Origin: Dictyostelium discoideum
Lineage: Eukaryota
Assembly (NCBI GenBank): GCA_000004695.1
Contig: CM000153.2
Location: 3,840,001 to 3,904,000 of the forward strand
Reading direction: 5' to 3'
Length of the DNA: 64,000 nucleotides
Each line of letters opens with the position of its first letter. The first letter of the stretch is position 1. Under the pieces are notes generated by a model. That model was given only the letters and a program-made list of their open reading frames with translations. It did no database searches and had not been told where the DNA came from. Below are positions 41,074-55,906 of the stretch, piece after piece. A program made the translations under genes and the position numbers.

Positions 41074-42987
41074 CTAAGTTGAAGTATTTGTTGTAGTTGT
41101 TGTATTTGAATTATTTGATTGTTGTGGTGGTACAAAAGCATTAACTAAAGTTGATAAAGAGTTATTTGATGAATCTAATTCATTTTTTGAATGATTTAAA
41201 AAATCTTTTCTTCTTGTACCTCTTAAAGATGGATAAGCAGTTTTAAAAGTTTGTTTTCTCATTTGACGATGAAATGAAGGATAGAGTAAAGTTTTACGTT
41301 CACCACTATTTTTCAAATCCTCTAAATGAATTTTAATTGAATTTCTAAATAATGATCTACTCTTATTTAAACAAAACAATGGTGCATCTTTTTGAATTGA
41401 TGATGATAATGGTGAATTTGATGGTGATGTTGAAGGTGATGTTGATGTTGATGATGTTGAACTAACTACATTATTTGTGGTGGTGGTAGTAGTCGTTGAT
41501 GAAGTGGATAATGATGATGATGATTTTTCAGAAATTTGTTGACTATTTTTTAAAGATGTAATTAAAGTATGTTGAATATGAATTTGAGTTTTTCTTTTTA
41601 AGATATCTTCATTTCTACATTTTTCACAAATTGATTCACCATTCTTTTCAAAATATTTACCACCTTCTAAAACCTCGTTACAACAGAAACATCTGAAACA
41701 AGTTGGACATAAATTTTTACCATTAACTTTTAAAAACATGCCATCTATATATTGGTTGCATTGGTCACATTTGGTACCTACCAATTCTTCGAAATGATCT
41801 TTACAATAGATTAGACCTTGATGGTCACCCAATTGACCCTCTATTTGAATAGCACATTTAGAACAAACCAAACAAGCTACATGCCATTTAAAATTCAATG
41901 CATCCATCATAACTTCGTCAACTATTGGTAATTTACAACCATAACATGTGATTTCAGAATGAGCTTCATTCATTATATGATTAACATCGCAATCAAAGCA
42001 AACCGGTTTATCGTTTCTAATATAATATAATGATGGATCCATTGGGGTTTCATCAAAACATTCTGAACATTGAAAACATTCTCTATGATAAATACCACAA
42101 TCCAATATAATTGGTCTACTTTGATTAATTGCCAATTCACATTTACTACAAATCATTGATTCAACTGTCATTTGTCGCCTTTTTCCATTATCTTCTAAAT
42201 CATTAAATATCATTGATGGATCAATTGATGATACTGGTGATGGTTCTGTTGATTTATCAATTTCAATAACTAATTTTATAATCTCTTTATCTAATTTATC
42301 ACAAATTTCTGGTATTTTATTCTCCAAAATATTTTCAATATTATCATTATTATTATTATCATCATCATCACCATTTTGTCGATTTTTATTATCAATACAA
42401 CTTGAACATTTAAATCTTCTAATATTATTGATATTTTCAACTATAAAATCTTTACCACCTAAATAACTTGTGCAATAATAACATAAAAAGCATGATCTGT
42501 GATAAATATGGTCACCCAATTCTTCAAAATCTGATGTTTTAATAACTAAATTACAACCTGAACAACTCTTAAAAAATTCAGTACCACAATCTGTACATAA
42601 CATTTCATTATTTTCAAATACACAATCTAAATTATATTTTTTTAAAGAAAAAAAAAAATCAACTTTAGTATATTATATCACAATTTTTCATTTATTCGTT
42701 TTGAATATTTATTTAAAACTTACCACTTTCACCACCCAATGGTTTTGAACATTTTACACAAACTACACATTTCCAATGATAATTTTCAGAATTTCTATTA
42801 ATTGATGGATCAGTTGCAGTTATAGGAAGATTACATTTTGGACAAATAAATGCTAATTTAGATCCTCTATTTTTAACAATTTTACTATTATTACCCCAAG
42901 CTGAAAAACTGTTATTATTAATAATGTTATTATTATTATTATTTTTATTTGAATTCTCATCGTTAATTTTATTATTATTACTATTAA

Positions 42988-43030
<43 letters not shown>

Positions 43031-44386
43031 TGAAATGATTTCAAAAGTATTATTTGTACTTGATGATAAATTTGAAGTTGATGATGTTGATGATGTTAAT
43101 GATTTATTATTACTATTACTATTATGATATAATTTTGCTAAACCAGTTGCATAAGAAGTATTGAATACTCTTTTTTCTTCAACAGATTCTTCTGAAACTG
43201 AACTAGAGTCATCATCTCTGTCATCCTCTAAAAATATTAATTCAATTGAAAAATTACTATGGAAATGTTTTAAATCTTTATGTGCTTTATCAATTTCTTG
43301 TCTTCTTATATGAATTTTAGTTCCTTCAATAAATGCTGTATGAAAACAATAACTAAACATATGACCCTTTGAATTTCTATTAAAAAATTGAATTTGAACA
43401 TCATTAACTAATAAAATATTACCACAATCTAATTCAACTTGTTGATGAATTGTTCCTTTTTTTAATTTCTTATTTTTTTTAAAAAAAAAAATAATAATAA
43501 TAATTATTAATTAATAATTAATTATAATCAATATAGTTAATAAAATAAAATAAATAATACATACAACTGGTTTTGAATAAAATACAGATTTACCTTGTTG
43601 AACAATTGATAAATATGGTTCACAACCACCACCTATATTAAAATTTGGTAATGAATTCATTTTTATCATTGATAAAACTTTTGTAATTGATGGTGGTTTT
43701 GGTATTGGTTTACCATATTGTAGTAATGCTTCGAAATATCTAACATATCTGATTTGACTTGGAATTGTTACACCCTTACTATTGTGTGTTCTTTTATTTG
43801 CAAATAATCTCATTGACTCTGATCCAGTTTGACATTGTTTATTATATAATAGCCAACATGCTAACATTGTACCAGTTCTACCTTTACCTGCTTTACAATG
43901 AACTGCAACTACATTTTCTGGATTTTGATCCAACCACATCTCCTAATTTAAAAAAATAAAAAAAAAAATAAAAAAAATAAAAAAAATAAAAAATTGTTAG
44001 TATGATTGATTGATTTATTAAAAAAAAGTATAAATAAATAAATATAAATATAAATATTCACATACCATATCATTACAAAATTCTGAAATTATATTTAAAG
44101 TTGGTGGACAATGATCATCAAATGGATATTCACTAACTCTATCTTCAAATCTGCAATGTTCATATTTTCTTTCAGAACAAAGATTATAAACTTTATAATG
44201 GTCTGCATGTAATGTATTGAAAAATCTTTGGACATCCCTCATTCTATTCCTATATAATCCTTCCAATGATTCACTAGGAAAACCCATTGCTATAACTCTG
44301 TCTGTGATATATGATAAATCAAGATCAAAATTATACATTTCAAAACGTCTTTTCTTTTTTGATACCATTTTTCTTACTAAGTCCAT
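41074..44386 (-). CDS. PTEN-type lipid/protein phosphatase + C2 domain fused to five LIM zinc-finger domains (~998 aa); join(41074..42626,42724..43468,43565..43942,44066..44386)
   Basis: Exon 1 (ORF 44018..44386) 'MDLVRKMVSKKKRRFEMYNFDLDLSYITDRVIAMGFPSESLEGLYRNRMRDVQRFF...YKVYNLCSERKY...YPFDDHCPPTL...FCNDM' parallels the human PTEN N-terminus ([57 protein letters not shown]...). GTATGT donor 44065. Exon 2 (acceptor AG 43944..43943) 'EMWLDQNPENVVAVHCKAGKGRTGTMLACWLLY...KGVTIPSQIRYVRYF' carries the PTEN P-loop HCKAGKGRTG. GTATGT donor after SKPV (43564). Exon 3 (acceptor AG 43470..43469) is the C2 domain ('GNILLVNDVQIQFFNRNSKGHMFSYCFHTAFI' parallels '[31 protein letters not shown]') plus a poly-N linker, ending in a half LIM finger 'CPKC...HWKCVVCVKCSKPLGGESG' at a GTAAGT donor (42723..42718, phase 1). 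Exon 4 (acceptor 'aatttag', AG 42628..42627) starts with the split codon G|AT then 'CVFENNEMLCTDC', completing LIM1, followed by four more LIM domains (ORF 41074..42603) and an S/T/N-rich tail. Confidence 0.7.
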
Positions 44387-44736
44387 TTTTCTTTATATTT
44401 TTTTTTTTTTTTTTTTTATTTTTTACCCAGGCAAAAAAAAAAAAAAAAAAAAAATCTTAAAAATAAAATTTATCTCTATGTAATTATTTTTTTTATTTTT
44501 GTTCTGTTTTTATTTTTTAATTTTATTTTTTTTTTTTTTTTTTGATGTAAAATTTTGGTCGTTTCTTGGTGTTTTTTTTTTTATTTTTTTTTATTTTTTT
44601 TCTTTTTTTTTTTTGAAAACCTCTATTATAAAAAAAAAAATAAAAACTATTGTTTGCTAAAATGATATGTTGTGACAAACAAATAATGGCAGATTAAGAT
44701 GAAACAAAAATCCAAACAATTACGACAGTGCCACGC

Positions 44737-44796
<60 letters not shown>

Positions 44797-45432
44797 AGTA
44801 AAGAAATTTTTGTTGGATTGTCCCAAAAAAAAAAAAAAAAATATTTTTAAAAAAAAAAAATTTAAAAATAAAAAAAAAAGATATTTTAAAAAGATATTTT
44901 TTTCAACATTAATGAAAAAAATAAAAAAAAAAAATAAAAATAAAATGAATAAAAAATTGATTATTATTTTAAAAAATAAAAATTTAAATATTTATGCTGT
45001 GGGCAAATATATTTTGTTTATTTATAAATTTTTCTTTTTTCTTTTTTTTTTTTTTTTTTTACTTTGTGTTAATATTTATATAAAAAAATGTTTAGAAAAA
45101 AAAAAAAAAAAAAAAAAAGAAAAAAATTAAAAAAAAAGAAAATTAAATTTTATCAAAATAAAAATTGATTTACACATCAAGATTTTTTTTTTTTTTTTTT
45201 TTTTTTGTTTTATTTTAATTTGTTTGTTTTAAAACCCAATTCAATTTTATTTTCTCTTTTTTTTTTGTAACCAAATTAAATGAAAATAAAGTAAAAAAAA
45301 AAAAAAAAGAAAATTGGAAAAATTTGGTTAAAAAAAAAAAAGTGGAAATTAACTCAAAAAGTGTAAGAATTTTGAGTAATACCAATAGGTAAACACATAA
45401 AATAAAAATTTATATGTAATAGTTTTATTTTA

Positions 45433-46050
45433 TTAAAAACCCATTAAAGTTTTTACTTTTTTAGCTTTATTTTCATCAGACAAACGAGATAATAATTCAA
45501 AAGCAACATATGGAGCAGTTTGTGGATTGTATGATGTAATTACATTTTTATCAATTACAATTGATTGATCTGCGATAACGTTTGCACCGAAATCTCTTAA
45601 TTGTTGTTGTCTAACACTATGTTCACGAAGAGAATTTCTGTAGGTTGTTGCATTTCTACCCTTTAAAATCCCACTTTTACCAAGTGCTAAAGCAGCAACA
45701 CAAACCGAAGCAATATGTTTACCCTTTGAATCGAAATCTCTTATTAATTGTGATACATCTTCACTATAGGCTTCTTCATAAAATGAATAATTTTCAAATC
45801 CACCTGGAATTGCCAATGCATCAAATTCATCCAAAGATTTAACAACTTCACCTAATAATACATCCACTTGAACTTTAACACCAAATGTACTTGTAACCAT
45901 TTTATTATACAATCCACATGTAACAACTTGAATATCTGCTTTATCTTCATTATTATCATCCTCTCTAGCCCAACCCATAACATCAACAAATGGTGTAAAC
46001 TCCATTACTTCAAATCCTTTACATAATAATAATAATATTTTTTTGGTCAT
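45433..46050 (-). CDS. DJ-1/PfpI (ThiJ) family protein, single exon
   Basis: ORF 45433..46050 (-), 205 aa. '[21 protein letters not shown]', '[10 protein letters not shown]' and the nucleophile-elbow-like '[21 protein letters not shown]' fit the DJ-1/PfpI class I glutamine amidotransferase-like fold. Confidence 0.75.
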
Positions 46051-46589
46051 TTTTTATTTTATATTTATTTTTTAAATCTAATAATATTTTTTTTTTTTTT
46101 TTTTTTTTTATTTTATTTTGTTTAATGTTAAAAACAAAAAAATTTAATCTGGGTGTCCACTTTTTTTTTTTTTTTTTTTTTTTTTGTGAAAATTAAAAAA
46201 AATTTATTTATGTAAACCACCCATACCCTTAAAAAAAAAGAAAAAAAAAAAAAACAAAGAATAAATTTTTTTTTTTTCTTTTTTTTTTAAATCTTTTCAT
46301 TTAAATATTTTAAAATGATAATTAAAATAAGAAAAAAAAATAAAAAAAAATAAAATAACAAAAACAAAAAATATTTAAAAAAAAAATAAAATAAAAAATA
46401 AATTAATCAAAACAGTGTGCGCATGTAACGAAACTTTTTTTTATTTTTATTTTTTTTTTTTTTTTATGACAAAGTCACTTTTCGCACAAAATTTTTTTGA
46501 AAATTTTTGAAAAAAAAAAGTCTTTTGGGGTGTAGATTTCAAAACCAATTCGTTTTTTTTATTTTGTTTTTTACATAAGATTTCATAAA

Positions 46590-47209
46590 ATGGTATGTGT
46601 ATACTATGTCAAATTTTATATCTGATATCACATCAAAGTTATTATGTTTTTCTTGAATAAATAATAAAAATATAATAATATCAAATAATACAATAATCCA
46701 TAATATTGATGATTGATTGATGATTGAAATTTTTTGATAAAAAAAAAAAAAAATAGAAAGAGGATTATGATGAAAACTAATACCAATCTCATACACCAAT
46801 CTATATCATATATCATCAATCTTTTATTTCGAAATAATAATAGACTAAAGGTACATTCAGTTTTGGTCGTAGACACACCAAGTCCCACACCTTATGCAGA
46901 AGATGCGGTAAATCATCATTCCACATCCAAAAGAAGACCTGTGCTTCATGTGGTTATCCATCCGCCAAAACCAGATCTTACAACTGGAGTATTAAAGCTC
47001 AACGTAGAAAGACCACCGGTACCGGTAGAACCAGATATTTGAAGACTGTCCACAAGAGATTCAACAGTGGTTTCAAAGAAGGTATGTTTTTTCTTAAATT
47101 CACATTTATATATATATATATCTTTACATTTATTGTTCTATACTAATTTTATTATTTATTTTTAACAAAATTAGCCTCTTTAGCCGTCAAAAAAACTGCT
47201 GCTAAATAA
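46590..47209 (+). CDS. rpl37: 60S ribosomal protein L37 (eL37); join(46590..46592,46844..47081,47175..47209)
   Basis: ATG-only first exon (46590..46592) followed by GTATGT. Acceptor 'aataatag' (46843). Exon 2 '[79 protein letters not shown]' (human RPL37 '[81 protein letters not shown]'), C4 zinc ribbon. GTATGT donor 47082. Exon 3 (acceptor 'aaattag' 47174) '[11 protein letters not shown]'. G/C-ending codons (ACC, AAG, TCC) typical of highly expressed Dictyostelium genes. The track ORF 46734..47042 is an out-of-frame artefact over exon 2. Confidence 0.85.
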
Positions 47210-48844
47210 ATAAAATCTTCAAATTAAATAGTACCTTTATTAAAAAAAAAATTAGTGTTTAGAAATTTATTGTGGAATTTTAGTTATATTTACAATTTAT
47301 TTGTTTATTAGTCTTTCTAAAAGAGACACCCATATTATTTTTATTTTTTCTCTTTTTTGTTATTTAAAAGCTTTTTTTTGTATGAATTTATAGAAACTTT
47401 ATAACTTTTTTTTTTTTTCATAAAAATAACCTGTCGATCAATATCAGAAAAAATAAATCAGTTTTTAAAACAAATAACCTCACACTTTTAACCAAAAATT
47501 TATTGTTTTTTTTGATTGAAAATAAAATAAAAATGAAATTTCCAAATATATACACTCAAAAATATCAATAAATTCGTAAAAACCTTAAAAGGGTAATTAT
47601 TAAAATAGTAAAAAAAAAATAAAAAATAAAAAAAAAAATAAAAAAAAAAAAAAAATTTTATTTTATTTTTTTTTTTTTTTAGAAAATTAAAAAGAAAAGA
47701 GTAAAAAAAAAAAAGTAAAAAATAAAAAATTAAATAAAAAAAAAAAAAAAATTAAAAATAAAAATAAAAATAAAATAATATCCTAATATCGGTAGGCCCT
47801 TAATTGTAAAATATTTTTTTATTTTTTATTTTTATTTTTTTTTTTAAAATTCTAATATTTTTTTCCTTTACCTTTTCTAAATCTAAAATAGCACAACAAC
47901 ATATAAACACTAAACATATAAAACATACGCAAATTATCAAATTTTAAGAAGACACAAGAAAATTATTTTAAAAAAAAAAGGTAAAAACAATTTTAAAAAT
48001 TATTATTATAATTTAGATTTAATTTTAAGTTTATTATAATTTTTATTTTTATTATCATTATTATTATTATTATTATTATTATCATTATTATTACTATTAT
48101 TATTATTATTATTTTTAATTTTAGATAAATAGATATATTATCCTAGTTTTGTGGATTATAAAAAAAAAAAAAAAAAAAATTTCAAAAAATAAAAACTATT
48201 AATGAATAATTGAAAAAAAAAAATAAAAAAATAAAAAAATAAAAAAAATTAGATTGTATTGCTACTTGCACCTTTCTCTTTATTTCTTTCTTTATTTTTT
48301 TATTTTTATTTTTTTTTATTTCTTCATTTCCCCCTTTTTTGTATTTTCAAATATAAACATCCATGGTGCCATTGTTTAAAATAAAACTAATTTTGGCAAT
48401 AATTATACATTTTTTTATTTAATATTTTTATTTTTTAATTTTTTTATTTTTTTATTTTTTTATTTTTTTTTCTAATAAATTAATAATAAAAAAAAAAAAA
48501 AAAAAAAAAAAAAATTTATTTGTAAAAAAAAAAAATATGGTGAATAGTAATAAAAATAAAAAAGAGAGAAAAGTAAAGAGGGTTTACACAATAAAGGGGG
48601 AAAAAAAAAAAATTTGAAAAATAAAAAAAACCAAATAAAATAATTCTTAATAAAAAAATCAATATTTTTGAATAACATACCCTTTCATCAACATCATATT
48701 AATCATCATTATTGGTTGTTGTTTAATAATTACTTTTTTTGTTTGCAATCTATACTTTTGTATCAAAAACAAACAAACACTCACCCTAATCTATTGTATT
48801 GTTATAAATATCCACCCAGCAGTTTTAATAATTATTATCAATCT

Positions 48845-48880
<36 letters not shown>

Positions 48881-49013
48881 GGGATCTATTAATTTAATAA
48901 TAATAAAAATAATAAAATAAAATAAAAAATAATAATAATAATTATTTATTTCACTCCTATTCTCTTTAAAACTTTTTGAGCATGTTTATCAGTGGTTAAA
49001 ATTCCAATAGATT

Positions 49014-49049
<36 letters not shown>

Positions 49050-50562
49050 TGTGTGTGTGTGTGTTTTTGTGGGTGAATGAGTGTGTACTATATATAAACT
49101 TTATAATAATAATAGTAATAATAATAATAATAATAATAAAAAATAATAGTAAAATTTTATAGTAGTGTTCAATAATTCATTAGTTATCGGGGGTATATTA
49201 TTAGTGGAGTTGTGTCGTTTTGATTGATGGATCAGTTTTTAGCCCATACCTTTTTATAATATTATTAATTTATTTTTCAGTTATTATCACACTCTATTTC
49301 CTTCCCCACTCACTATTATTTATTTTCATAAAATAATAGTTATCCATATAATAATTTTTAGTGTGTCAATGTGTGTTTAACTATTTTTGTTAAGAAATAA
49401 ATTAATGTAATTTCTATTTGTGTTTCCATGTTTGGTTATTAGAAATCCAAAAAAAATAAATAAAAATAAATAAAAAAAAAAAAAATAATAATATTAATAT
49501 TAAATAAAAATAAATAAAAAAAAAATAAAAAAAAAAAAAAAAGACAACACATCATATATCATATCATATCTTTTTTTAACATTGATTTTTTTTGTTTAAA
49601 AAAAAAAAAAACACATTTCCTTATAAAACTATTCACAACACTACCCCCACAATAGTGTGTTGGCACAAATTTGTTTTTTTTTTTTTTTTTTTTTTTTTTT
49701 CCTCTCACCCACTATCTCTCACATTCTCCCACTACTATTACCACTATTGCTTCTGCTGCTACTACTATTAGTAGACACATACACACACAAAAAAAAAAAA
49801 AAAAAAAAAAAAGTGGGAGAATACATCAATATTATTAATAACAATAAATTAAAAAATATATGTATATATATAAATATATAAAAAATTATGTTCATTTATT
49901 TTAATATGTGTTATGATGATCTAAGATATTGAAATTAATTATTTTAAAATTCGCCTATTAAAATTTTAATTTTTATTACTATTTTATTTTATTTTTATTT
50001 TTATTTTTTTTTAAAAAATACACACCCAAAATTTGTCTCTATTTCTCTATTCCATCTTTTTTACAAACACACCCCTCACTATTACCATCATATCAATAAC
50101 AATAATAATAAAATTGTAGTGTGTGCTGGTGGGTTGGTTTTTGTTGTTGTTGTTGTTTTTGGTGTTTTTTTTTTTTTTTTTTTGTTTTTTGTTTTGTTTT
50201 GTTGTTGTTTGAATAGATGTAACCAATAATGATAATATTGTTTTTATTTTTTTTATTTTTTTATTTTATTTTTTATTTTTTTTTTTTTTTTTTTTTTTAT
50301 TTTAAAATAATTATTTATAAATAATTTGATTTTTGGTGTTTTCCATCTTAGTGTTTTTTAATTTTTTAATTTTTTTTTGGTTGTAGTTAATTTTATTTGT
50401 TTTGTTTTTCTTTTTTTTTTTTTTTTTCTGTATCAATAATAACAATATTTAGAGGGAAAAAAATAATAAAATAATAATAACCATATCTTTTTAAATTCAA
50501 TTTTAATATTATAATATTTATTTATTTTTATTTTTTAATTCTATAACAGACCATTTGTACGT

Positions 50563-50614
<52 letters not shown>

Positions 50615-51367
50615 GGGTTTTACACCGGCTCCCATTCCCCTTGAAACATTAATTACCAAAGGGGTGGTTTTTTTAAAATTAAATTAAACCTTCCCTTTTT
50701 CGGCTAAAACCCCTAAAAAAAAAATTTTTAATTAATTAAAATAAATTAATTAATTAATTAAAATTAAAAAAATTTTTAAAAAAATTAAATTAAATTAAAT
50801 TAAATTAAGGAAACCTTTTCTTATTGGAAAATTTTTTAAAAAATTTTTTTAATTGGGTTTTTTTTTTTTTTTTTTTTAAAAAAATACTTAGATTTTTTTT
50901 TTTTTTTTTATTGTTTTGTGAACCCGAAAGACTTTTAATTTTTTATTATTTTTTTTTTTTATAACCAAAAAAAAAAAAAAAAAAGAATATTATTAAACAA
51001 TAAAACTATATACACAAGATTAATAAATAATACTTAATCATATATAAATACAAAAAAAAAAATAATAATAATAATAAAAATAAAAATCACGATATATCCA
51101 TTGGCAACGAGAAATTAAGACCATACTAATTAATTAATTTAAAAAACAGTTGTCTTCATTTTTTTTTTCGAAACCAGCACAAATCTGATTAAAAAAAAGT
51201 ATGTTATTTCTTAAAAAAAAAAAATTAATTTTATTTATTTTTTTTTATTTTTTTTTTTTTTTCCTCCTCGAAAATATCTTTTTTTTTTTTCAAAGAGAAA
51301 AAAAAAAAACCAATCATCGTTGATGCTTTTTGCTTCCCAAATTTCTATTACAAAATATAAAAAATAA

Positions 51368-51400
<33 letters not shown>

Positions 51401-51739
51401 AAATCACCAAAAAAAAAAAAAATTTTCAAAAACTTTTTTTCACATAAGCGTTTCATCACAACTTTTCTCACAAAAATAAAAAAAAAAAAAAAAACAAAAT
51501 AACAATAATAGAAAAATTTATATACAAAATTCTATTTTGTTTTGAACAAATCCTTAGGAATAAATATTTATATTATATATAAATAATTAAAAACAACTAA
51601 ATATATTGGCTTTATATTTTTTTTTTGAAAAAAAAAAACAAAAAAACAAAACTAAAAAAAACAAAAAAAAAAACGAAACAAAAAACAAACAATCTATTTA
51701 TTTATTAAATCTATTTATTGATTTAATATATTTATTAAT

Positions 51740-51740
<1 letters not shown>

Positions 51741-51802
<62 letters not shown>

Positions 51803-51805
51803 TTA
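51741..51805. repeat. (TTTA)n tetranucleotide microsatellite, about 16 units
   Basis: 'tatttatttattta...' run. Confidence 0.85.
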
Positions 51806-52252
51806 TAAAACTTAAAAAAAAAAAAAACAAATAAAAATAAAATTTTTTAAAAAAAATAAACAATAACCACTGTTGATATAGGTATATATTTAATAATAAA
51901 CAATTAGTTCTCTCAATGTAATATCAAAAATTATTTAAACTAACCTGATACACAATCATATGCACAGGTTCATATAAAATAATTTTGTCAAACTACACCA
52001 CCCCTTTTTCACACATTTTTTATCTATACATATAATTAAAATTTTTTTTTTTATTTTTTTATTATTTTATTTTATTTTTTTTGAAAATTTGTTGCACACT
52101 TCATATAAAATTAAACACAATCATTCAAACACAATAAGTTATATATAACTGTTATAATAATAATAATTATTATATTAAAAAAAAAAAAAAAAAAAAAAAA
52201 TAAATAATAATAAAAATAATAATTATTCTCATATAATGCAACAGGAGTAATT

Positions 52253-52286
<34 letters not shown>

Positions 52287-53037
52287 TAAAAAAAGTGAAC
52301 AGGAAAAAAAATAAATAAAAATAAAAAAAATAATAATAATAATATAACTCCAACTCCAACTACAACTATTATTTTTTATTATTAATAATTTATCAGTTGG
52401 TATCAAACAATTTAGTTAAAAGGTTTATTTCACATAATAAAATTTTTAAAGAAAATAAATAAAAAAAACAATAAAAAAAATAATAATCTTAAAAAAAAAA
52501 AAAAAAAAATCAAAGAAAAAAATCTTTTTTGAAATTAGTTTCTTTATTTTTCTCGTTATAATAAAAAACAAAAAAAAGAGAAAAAGAAAAAAAAAAAAAG
52601 AAAATAAAATTTATAGTTATATATCGGGAAACTCAATAAAAATTTAATAAATAAAATAGTCCATATTAAATAATATATTTTTACAACCACACCCCCAACC
52701 AATAATCAAAAAAAAAAAAAACCAAAAAAAAAAAAAAAATAATAAAACTTTGATTGATTAATTTATTATTTTATTTTATTTTTATTTTTTTTTTAATGTT
52801 AGAGTGTGTGTTAACCCCTTTTATTCACCAACCCACCATTCATCAGAATCATAAATTTTTTATTTAATATATATATATAATAATATATCTAACATATTAT
52901 TATTTTTATTAACTTTTTTTTTTCTTTTAAAAAAATAATCAGATATCAAATATTTAGATACCCCTACACTCAATAACTTTAATAATAATTTCTACCAATT
53001 AAAAAACACTTAATTTCAAGTTGATTTATTATAGAAA

Positions 53038-53072
<35 letters not shown>

Positions 53073-53364
53073 AAAAACTATCAACTATTTCAGAAAAACA
53101 AAAAAAAAAAAAAAAAGAAAAAAAAAAAAAAAAGAAAAATATATATATATAAATATATAACACAAAGTTGTAAGTATATATAAGTAATAGATAATTAATA
53201 ATAAGACCGCACGACAAGAATCACATATTACTATATTTTTTATTTCAAATTGCCCACCCATTTTATAACAAACACACTCGAAAAATTCTATTTTTTGATA
53301 GTAGTCAGGATTACTTTAGGTTTTTTTTTATTTTTTTTAGAGAATTTTGATATATATTATTTAT

Positions 53365-53403
<39 letters not shown>

Positions 53404-53445
53404 CACACACATACACCAAATTATTTATAATGTTTAGATATTATA

Positions 53446-53487
<42 letters not shown>

Positions 53488-53518
53488 TTTAATATTTTTA
53501 CCAACCACATATAATAAA

Positions 53519-53623
<105 letters not shown>

Positions 53624-54324
53624 AAAAAAACCCACATATACACACACATTTAATATATTCATAAAAAACCATAATAGATCTATTCATAAAATAATAATAA
53701 TAATAAAATAATAATAATAATAATAAAAAAAATAAAAAAAATAAAATAATAATTTGTTTTTATAAATTTATTTTATTTATTCCACCCTCTTTATTTATTC
53801 ATTTATTTATTCTTTTTTAGTCAAAAAATTTTATATACTAACATAATAATAATTGTTTAAGCAGATACTTTTATATATCTACCAATATATAAGAAATTTC
53901 TTTATTATGTTTTTAGAGAATCTCATATGAACAAAAAAAACATTCATCCAATAGCAATATATTTATTTATTTAAACAAACAAAATAGCATAACAAAAACA
54001 ACCAAAAACCCAAATCTCAAATTTATTTATTTAATTTATTTATTTATTTATTTATTTATTTCACAATAATAACAACAACACAAATTATTTTTTTTTTTTT
54101 CTTTTAATATTTTTTAATTTCAATTAGACTTTACAATTTATTGTCTCAATATTTTTTTTTTTTTTTTTTTTTTTTTTATTATATTAAATTTTATTTTTTC
54201 ATTTTTTTTTTTTATTCAATTAACACAATTTAAATCGTAATAATATTATACCCTTAAAATATCTATATAAAATATACTTATATTTTTAATTATATATTTA
54301 TAAATTCTATTTATATTATTTTTT

Positions 54325-54368
<44 letters not shown>

Positions 54369-54502
54369 AACAGATAAAAAAAAAAAAAAATAATTTAAAA
54401 CACCACAATCATACACACAATAATAAATTCTTTAAAGAAATAATTTTTTTTTTTTTTTTCCACCACAAAAAAAAAAAAAAAAAATTTTAAAACTTCAAAA
54501 AG

Positions 54503-55906
<1,404 letters not shown>

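Noticed and set aside
46734-47042. 102-aa ORF '[19 protein letters not shown]...'
   Set aside because: Wrong-frame read across rpl37 exon 2; the correct frame gives a near-perfect eL37 sequence.
50611-50720. Patch with runs of G/C ('aggggggttttacaccggctcccattccccttgaaac...aaaggggtggttttttt...ccttcccttttt cggctaaaacccc')
   Set aside because: It does not fold into any recognisable RNA class by eye and contains several short G/C homopolymers. It may be low-quality sequence or a degenerate repeat, and is not reportable as a feature.
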